Assembly: GCA_918797485.1 (NCBI GenBank)
Contig: CAKKNE010000003.1
Span: forward strand, 5,022,001-5,086,000
Direction: 5' to 3'
DNA from: Pelagomonas calceolata
Lineage: Eukaryota
DNA: 64,000 nt
A program made the position numbers and the translations under genes. Under the pieces are notes generated by a model. That model was not told where the DNA came from. It saw nothing but the letters and a program-made list of their open reading frames with translations, and did not search any database. This document shows, piece by piece, positions 57,192 through 64,000 of this stretch (positions are counted from its first letter, which is position 1; each line of letters starts with the position of its first letter).

Positions 57192-58528
57192 ATGCCCGGC
57201 TATCTCCTCGCCGCCGCCTTCCACAAGCAGGCGTTCGCGTCGGCGACGCAGCACCAGCTCCTGGCGTTTCTGCAGGTCGCGGCCTTCACGAATCGGACGG
57301 CGGTGCTACCGTTCGCGCGCGTGGGCGAGCCGGCGTTCGTGGGGTTGCCCCGGCCCGGCTTTGGCGGCCTCGACCGCTACTTCGACGTGGCGGGCCTTGC
57401 CGCGCGCTGGCCGTGCCTGCGCGCGATCACGTACGACGCGTTTCGACGCGAGGCGCCGCGCGCCCGGATCGTCGCGCTGCAGCTCGGCCTGCCCCCGGGC
57501 CGGGCCGGCTCCGTGGTCGCGACCGGCTGCGGCCGGCGGTCGCGACCGCTCGTCGCGCTGGGCGCGACGTTCGCGTGCGCGTCCGCGGCGCTCGCGGCGT
57601 CGGCGTCGGCGACGCTCGGCGACGCGACGCGGTGGCGCCGCGACGCGATCATCGTCACGAACTGGTCGCAAAAACTCGTCGGTCTCGGGGACGCGGCCTC
57701 TCCGCTCTTCGGCGACGCGTTCGCGGCGCGCGGCGGGTGTCAGGACGCGCGCGCCCGCCGCGACGCGCGCGCGTTCCCGCCGCTCGCGCCGCGGTGGCAC
57801 GCGCGAGCCGACGCGTTCCTTGCGGCGTCGCCGGTGCTCCGAGAGCGATCTTTCGTCTGCGCCCACGTCCGCGCCGCGCTCCCGCGTCGAACACGCCGCG
57901 CGCGGTCGGCTCGTCCGAGCTCGCAGCGGTCGCCCCCGTGCGCGCGACCTTACGTGCGCACCGAACGCAGGCCGAAAAGCTCGCGAGCGCCGCGACGGGC
58001 CGCGCGAAGCGGAACCAGTGGGTCTACGACGACGCGGCCGGCGCGTGGACGTCGCCTTACATGGAGCGGTGCGCGGCGGCCGTCGCAGCCGTCGCGACGC
58101 GCGCGGCCGAGGGCCGACCGCTCGTCCTGCTCACCGACACCGCCGAGGCGCACGGCACGCCGTCGAACCAGGGCAGCGCTCGCTTCCGCGAGTGGCGCGA
58201 GCGCGGCGAGCGACTCCTCCGCGCCCTGCTCCCGGCAGCGGCCGCGTACTGCGGCGCGTTCGCCGCCTCGGAGCCCGACTGCGCCGTGCGCAGACGGCGC
58301 GGATTATCATCGTTCGCGCGCCGCGGCGAGGGCCCGCCGGCGGACGTTTCCCCCGCGCAGGTCGCGGAGGCGGCCATCTGCCGCCGCGCGGCCGAGGTCC
58401 TCCGCTTCGGCTCCGGGACCTTCTCCGCGTTTCTCGTCGGCGACGGCGCCAGCCGGCCGCCGTCCGCGCAGTTTCTCTCGTGTCCTGAGATCGAACGAGC
58501 GGCTTCGCTCCCGCATTCGAAGTCGTAA
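57192..58528 (+). CDS. O-fucosyltransferase-like glycosyltransferase, 2 introns; start uncertain
   Basis: QAFASATQHQLLAFLQVAAFTNRTAVLP, FVCAHVR/AEK, PLVLLTD, AEAAICRRAAEVL..GSGTFSAF. Confidence 0.6.
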
Positions 58529-58697
58529 ATCAGTAAATGTGCCTCTCCCGAGGGCTCTCTCTCTGCCATCGCGGGGGGGGGGGGGCACTGTATTTATGTG
58601 ACATCGGCCTCGCGGTCCCAACTCGCGAGGGCCGGCTCGACTACAATGCTAGGCTGCAGTTTATAATGTTGTGTGTCTACGGCGCCGTCTGCGCGAG

Positions 58698-58858
58698 AGC
58701 TAACGTTGTGAGAAGCTAGTTACTCGGTTTTGGGGACGCTAGCCTAGTCCCGGGGGATGGACGCACGAGAGCTAACGTTGAGATGATGCTAGTTACTCGG
58801 TTTTGGGGACGCTAGCCTAGTCCCTGGGGGATGGACGGCGCATTGGACGCACTAGAAC
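58698..58858. repeat. tandem pair of a ~72-bp repeat (family F), also at 21738-21791
   Basis: GCTAGTTACTCGGTTTTGGGGACGCTAGC...GGGGATGGA occurs twice here and once downstream of family C at 21738. Confidence 0.75.
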
Positions 58859-59576
58859 CAGGCCTCTAAAGGTCCGAATCCAGCGTCACGTCTTCACCGT
58901 CGGGTCTTGGAGCAGGGTCTGCCTGGGGGGGCACTGGAGGGTTGTAATCGTTTGCCACATGCCCAGGCCGCTAACGTTTCGTTGATGCAAAACCCGTTTT
59001 TGCTCTTTTGACCACGCTCCGGGCCGGACCGTGAGTCCGTGACGGTAAACACGTATCACCGATAGGTAGGGTTCTACTGGGTAACTTGAAATAAGATGAA
59101 TTACAACGCTACGATCGAGGTTAGATCGAGGTGAGACAACCGGTCGCCGAGTCTCTAGAGGAAAACTCGACTTTTATTGACCATAGACTGGCATAGTGTA
59201 CTCAACGGATCATGATGATGTCATGATCGTATTGAGATCCATGAACTAAACTAAGGAAGGCCTAACGCGAAGGCACAAGCTGAGCCCCGAGTCCGGAGCT
59301 TCGAACAACTTGAATTACTCAGACGAAAAAAACTTACAAAACTTACAAATGAAGCCTCCCTGGCAGGCTGACGGTGGCTCCACCCAGGAGGCGGTGGACG
59401 CGAGGGAGCCTATCTCGCCGCTTAATTTTAATATTCACACGATCAAGTTAATAACGCGGAGGGCAACGCGCCACGTGCTTCCGATTTCAAAGCTCAAATC
59501 TCCCACCGACCAGGCCTCCCGCCCCGTCCGCCGCACGTGCCCGGCCGCTGTGCAATTTAGTTAGCACGGCCCGCAG

Positions 59577-60117
59577 TCAAGAGCCCCGGAAGAACTCGGC
59601 TTCGTCCGCATCTAGGCTGCTGTTTTGCTTTTCGGTAAGGTCTCGAGGTTCGAGGAGGTACATGATCTGCGCCTTTGTCTTGTACTGGAGCATGGCCTCC
59701 TGGAGCCTGCGGGAACGCGGAGCAAGCCGGTCAGTGCGGATTGCGAGAGCCGTGCCGTGGCAGGGCCCCACGTACGAAAAGAATAATCTCTCGAACGCGG
59801 CTGCGCGCTCGGCCTTCCCCTTGTGGACCAAGATCGCCGCGGTCCGCGGGTCTTCGATGTGCGCATTTTGCCGGAACATGTCCTTGACTTTGCCGCGCGC
59901 CTCGCGCACCGACATGTCCACGTCGAAAAGTGTCAGAACGGTTGGCACCTGTGTGCATATCAACGTTAAAATTCTCGGACGACGCGGCGCTACTTTTAAC
60001 TCAGATGGCGCCGTGGCATTGGGCACCGGTTGGCACGTTGCGGCAGCAGTTGCGAAAGAGCGCCAGGGCTGTCCCCGTCAAGCGTGCGGCCGGCTGCTTG
60101 AAGGCGCGCAGGGCCAT
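59577..60117 (-). CDS. NDUFA6: complex I LYR subunit NDUFA6 (B14); introns 59949-60036 and about 59707-59808
   Basis: ALALFRNCCRN/VPTVLTLFDVDMSVREARGKVKDMFRQNAHIEDPRTAAILVHKGKAE/LQEAMLQYKTKAQIM. Confidence 0.85.
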
Positions 60118-60216
60118 TTCAGGCGCAGGCGGATAGCGTGCAATGCGCCAGCCTCCCTGCGTGCGGCCCCGCTGCAGTACCTTGTGCTTTTGTACCGTAG
60201 GAGGTACCGTAGGTAC

Positions 60217-60707
60217 CGTATTCACTAGGCCTACTCTATCCGGGTATTTAACCAAGATAAGTGAGACTAGGATAGTGAAGCTAAGATAAAAATTTGGGAG
60301 ATTTATAAGTGGAAAAGAGGCCGTTGCCACAACGGGCACCAACCCCCGGGGACCCCGGACCACGCGCCCCCGCGCCAAAACAAACCAAGGGAGGTGTGGC
60401 ACTCCCTAACTTAGCCAGCATCCGCGCCATGTCCTCATATTCGACGCGAATCAAGACACGTCTCAAATCAAGCGTATCAGCACACGGCCTAAGTTTCTCA
60501 CTGGTCTCACCAAACACTTTGTAAGCTATCGCATGTTGCATATGGCTTTTCTCCGTCATCCAGTCGATAACGTCCGCCCATCTAGCATCAAGTTTTGCGC
60601 TCCTCACTAATCTTAAGAATTGGACTTGACTTGCAGCAGGCACATCAGGACTAAAGGGCATGTTCATAGTGGCACTGTCCACAAGAGCCTTGGCCATATC
60701 ATAGCAG
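60217..60707 (-). mobile_element. family B element, 491 bp, flanked by GTAC on both sides
   Basis: + strand: GTAC|CGTATTCACTAGG...TGGCCATATCATAGCAG|GTAC; no terminal inverted repeat beyond C...G. Confidence 0.8.
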
Positions 60708-60799
60708 GTACCGTAGGTAGGTGCCGTGGTGCTCTTGCCTGTGCAAGCGCGCACTGGGCTGGCAGTGAATTTATCATTCGATGCCACACTCCCTACTCC

Positions 60800-62045
60800 A
60801 TGAGGCTCTTACGAGTGCTCGTCTTGGTGCAAATGGGAGAAGGTCTGATCCAAGGTACGCCAGCCGGCGCGGTGGCTGAGCCGTCGCAGGCTGGCGACGA
60901 GTTGTCGCCTGAGGATGCGCTTCTCTGTGCTCCAGCGCGAAGGAATTTGTCGGTTAGCACTGGCATCCTAAAGATGGCACTATATACCTACAGCTTTGGC
61001 AATTACCGCCACGAAATCTCGCAATATCGCCCGTGGGATGATTTCCACGGTCAGGACTCGCATGGAAATTAAGGAGGGGAGTTGCCTTCAACGGCAGGTT
61101 CTCTCAAAATAATGCGATTTCGTTCGTCCAATGTGACGGAGTATCCACTAGGTGTTGCTATTTCGCACAGGCTGGGACCATCGGTACGTCTTCTGCGACA
61201 CAAGTATCACGCAGAAAATGGTCGCGGACGGATGGATTCAGTGTCTGGTGCCTCCTGGCTACCTCCCGCGGGCCACATTCCAAGTCCATCGCACACGCAA
61301 CGTCAGTGCAGGCTGGGACCTGACCAAGTTTTTCAAATTTGGGCACGTGGCCGCGGTCCTTCGACCCTTTGACTACCTCCTTCACATAGACTTCAGTTTC
61401 ATTGCGACACGTAACAAGTATTTCTACTTTCTACCGCGTTTTGCCGATGTCGAAGCACTCATCCGCACGAAGCCAGAAGTAGAGCTCATCGCACTCAGGC
61501 ACCGTGAGAGGGCTCTCGTTCGCAGCGAGTGGCAAGTAACAACAAAAAACAAAATGGAATTCCAGCATCTAATCTGCCAGTTTGGGCAGGCAATGAGGGC
61601 CAAATTTGGTAGCGAGGCGAGCACTGGCGTCAACCGGTTCTTGTTTCTTAACAACCTTTGGCTAACGCAGGTAGTGGATGTAACACCACTGTTTCTCATG
61701 GGCTTATTTGTCCGCAAGGTCCATAATGTGCCAAAGCTTGATGTGATTTTTGCTGATACAGTCCGCACCCTTGTATCATTTGGCTTGAAACGAGATCAGA
61801 ACGTCTTTCCGCTTGCTCTCTGGAACAGATATGGAAACATGACTTCTATCAAGGTATTAATGTGCGGCAGGAACATTTCAACTGCAGTTTGCCACCCCGC
61901 ACGGAACCCCCCCGCATCGTCGACAATTAGAGATTTTGGCCGCCCCCTCGCCCTCACAGCCCGTTCAGCATGTAATCACACCGGTGAGCACAAGGCCTAC
62001 GACAAAGTGCTCGTCTACGACCCGGGACCCACGCGTATGTCGTGA
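60800..62045 (+). CDS. DUF616-like glycosyltransferase, low GC; intron about 61050-61170
   Basis: ALYTYSFGNYRHEI, FFKFGH, YLLHIDFS, LIALRHRERALVRSE, KRDQNVFPLALW. Confidence 0.6.
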
Positions 62046-62810
62046 CGAAGAGCTTTGCAAGAATTGCGTCGATGTTGGCTCAAGCTGAGCCAGCGCCTCC
62101 CCGAAGCGGCAGAAATATGGCACCGCTCAGCATCGACCTCTGGCTGCGACATCGATTCGGCCACCTTTCACAGAAACTCGTCGATGGCCCGCCCGTGGGA
62201 AACGCATCGGGGAACCAAATGGGAATCGCATTCCAGCGATTGAAATGGACCGGGTGTTGCTGGCGTGCTCGATAGTAGTGCAATGGAAATACACGTCTAG
62301 TAGGATTCCAATGTTCAACTGAGACGTATCCAAGCACACCCGTACTACTAAAAGCTGGTACGCCGAGAGTGTTGTATACTCGAGAATGTATCTCATTGTG
62401 GCTCAACTTGAACAGTGTAACAATTAAATTCCTAGCCTGAGATGGATAGTCCGGGGCCTATGCGTCTAGTGGACTCCGAGTCTTGGGAGGCCAGTAGCCT
62501 GAGGCCGGTAGCACGCATGTGATGCTTGTGGCCACCAATGTCTAACCAGCCTAGGGCTGATAGGCCTGACTGCGAGAGTGTTTTATAGTGAACAGTTGTT
62601 ACACCGTAGTGCTTTTGACACTCGATGTATAGACTCAAATATTAGAGAGTGGGAGATACATATCTAGGGTAGGAAGGGCTAGTAGGTTTCTCTCTCTAGT
62701 ACCTACGGTACCACCTACGGTACCTATACTGCGGTAGGGAGGAGGAATGCGCCGGAGCCTTCACAGTACTTGGAGCGCCACACGCGGCATGAGCCGGCAG
62801 CGTCTGCTTG

Positions 62811-63782
62811 ATGATGATGAGACTCGCCGCGACCTGGTTGCTGCACGCCTCGAGCTTGGCATGTGTCGGGGCAGCTTGCACGGTGGGTGAGGTTGCGCCC
62901 CAAACCCGTCCGAGGACCGTGCTCTACGTATACGTCGTCGGCGCCGCGCGCAGCCTCGCCACGACGGCAGCGAATCTTGAAGGTCTCCTCTGCGGCGGCG
63001 CGGACGCGTGGGCCGACGGTCTGCCGGTCGTGCCGCTCCTCCACGTCTGGGCGAATTCGTCGTGTGACCGTGACGTGGTCGTGCCGCCGTTCTTCGCCGC
63101 GGCACTCGTTAATTTCACCATGAACAGTCTCGACGGCGCCATGGTAAAACTCATCGCTCGCGATGCGCGTACGAGCGTAGAACGCACGCGCGCGATTCAA
63201 TTCACTGCACAGCTCTTTCACCTGTACAACCTCAACCGCCGTGCTGTTGCGCTCCTCTTTGAAACAGGCAAGAGCTACTTGGTGCCGCACGAACCCGGGG
63301 AGTCTGTCGTGCTCAAGTGGCGTCCCGACGTTCGCGCGGCCGTCTTGGCCAACGCGACAAAGTTTCTGCGAGCGTGCGTGACGCTTGTCCGCGACAATGA
63401 TGTCAACGACGTAGTCTGTATTCTACCAACGCCAAAGACCAAACTCGTGCCACGTGGTTGCGTGCAAAGGCGGCGGTCTCGACGCGGCGTCGACTTCTAC
63501 ATGTCAACCTGCTGTCACCCCGACGGCCGCGGCGTCCTCTCGGACTGGGTGTTTGTGACAAAGAAACGCGTCCTCGATGCTATGGATGGCCACAAATTGC
63601 CGCCTCAAATATACGACGGCGGCGACCGAGCGGAACACCGGTTTTGTCGATTGCTCGTCGGTTCGAACTTGAGGCTCGTCTGGCCCGCCGCGAACAGTGT
63701 CGTGGAACCTCTTTTTTGTAAATTCTATGACAGCCGGTTACGCAGGCCGCGGCAGACACCTGGGCTGGGAATAGAGAGCTAG
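62811..63782 (+). CDS. secreted hypothetical protein, possibly GT-like
   Basis: Signal peptide; VYVVGAARSL, LLHVW, VVLKWRPDV, LSDWVFV, AEHRF pattern of GT-A-like algal proteins. Confidence 0.5.
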   Translation: MMMRLAATWLLHASSLACVGAACTVGEVAPQTRPRTVLYVYVVGAARSLATTAANLEGLLCGGADAWADGLPVVPLLHVWANSSCDRDVVVPPFFAAALVNFTMNSLDGAMVKLIARDARTSVERTRAIQFTAQLFHLYNLNRRAVALLFETGKSYLVPHEPGESVVLKWRPDVRAAVLANATKFLRACVTLVRDNDVNDVVCILPTPKTKLVPRGCVQRRRSRRGVDFYMSTCCHPDGRGVLSDWVFVTKKRVLDAMDGHKLPPQIYDGGDRAEHRFCRLLVGSNLRLVWPAANSVVEPLFCKFYDSRLRRPRQTPGLGIES

Positions 63783-63785
63783 GGC

Positions 63786-64000
63786 TCACAAGTGTGCGAT
63801 GTCCACATGGGGCGACTCCGTATAATGGTGCGGGGGGTTGAACAATGCGTTCGTCTGATCTGGTCTGTAATCGTCCTCCGTTGGAGCTATACAGATTTCA
63901 GATTTCGCGCAATGCTTTGTATCAAAAGCAGCCAAATTGATAGCTCGCGAGCCGTGGCTGGGCGCAGGCTCGTGTACGGAGGGCACGACGACGCCGGGGT
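63786..64000 (-). CDS. possible 3' end of a gene entering from beyond the window
   Basis: Open frame to the window edge, convergent with the previous gene; no motif. Confidence 0.3.
   Translation of the reverse strand, partial: PGVVVPSVHEPAPSHGSRAINLAAFDTKHCAKSEICIAPTEDDYRPDQTNALFNPPHHYTESPHVDIAHL

Overview
Gene-dense, very GC-rich eukaryotic nuclear DNA, most likely from a pelagophyte alga (Aureococcus/Pelagomonas-like). This is inferred from the short GC-AG/GT-AG introns, introner-type introns with 8-bp target-site duplications (TSDs), and a UGA-Sec disulfide isomerase. About 27 protein genes were identified by motif recognition only: NSF-like AAA ATPase, a DUF3427-like protein, MFS transporter, DBP4/DDX10, NUP160, ENY2, myosin, HAD phosphatase, TMEM260, ABHD hydrolase, selenoprotein PDI, BCD1, POP4, PPWD1, NDUFA6, and roughly ten glycosyl-, sulfo- and methyl-transferases. 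There is also a degenerate tRNA-Ile. The strongest unexplained signal is in the intergenic DNA, which is saturated with 8-mers obeying one rule, XY-C-revcomp(XY)-G-XY (AACTTGAA, AGCCTGAG, GACTCGGA, ACCGTGAC, CACTGGCA, TACTAGTA, ATCATGAT). Aligned repeat copies show these are precise +6-bp insertions, consistent with stereotyped hairpin-type transposon excision footprints. A second series (GTAC-C-NN(N)-G-GTAC) forms arrays just upstream of start codons, next to a GTAC-flanked element. Several repeat families stack in promoters, co-oriented with the gene. All coordinates and counts were read by eye; no searches or folding were run.
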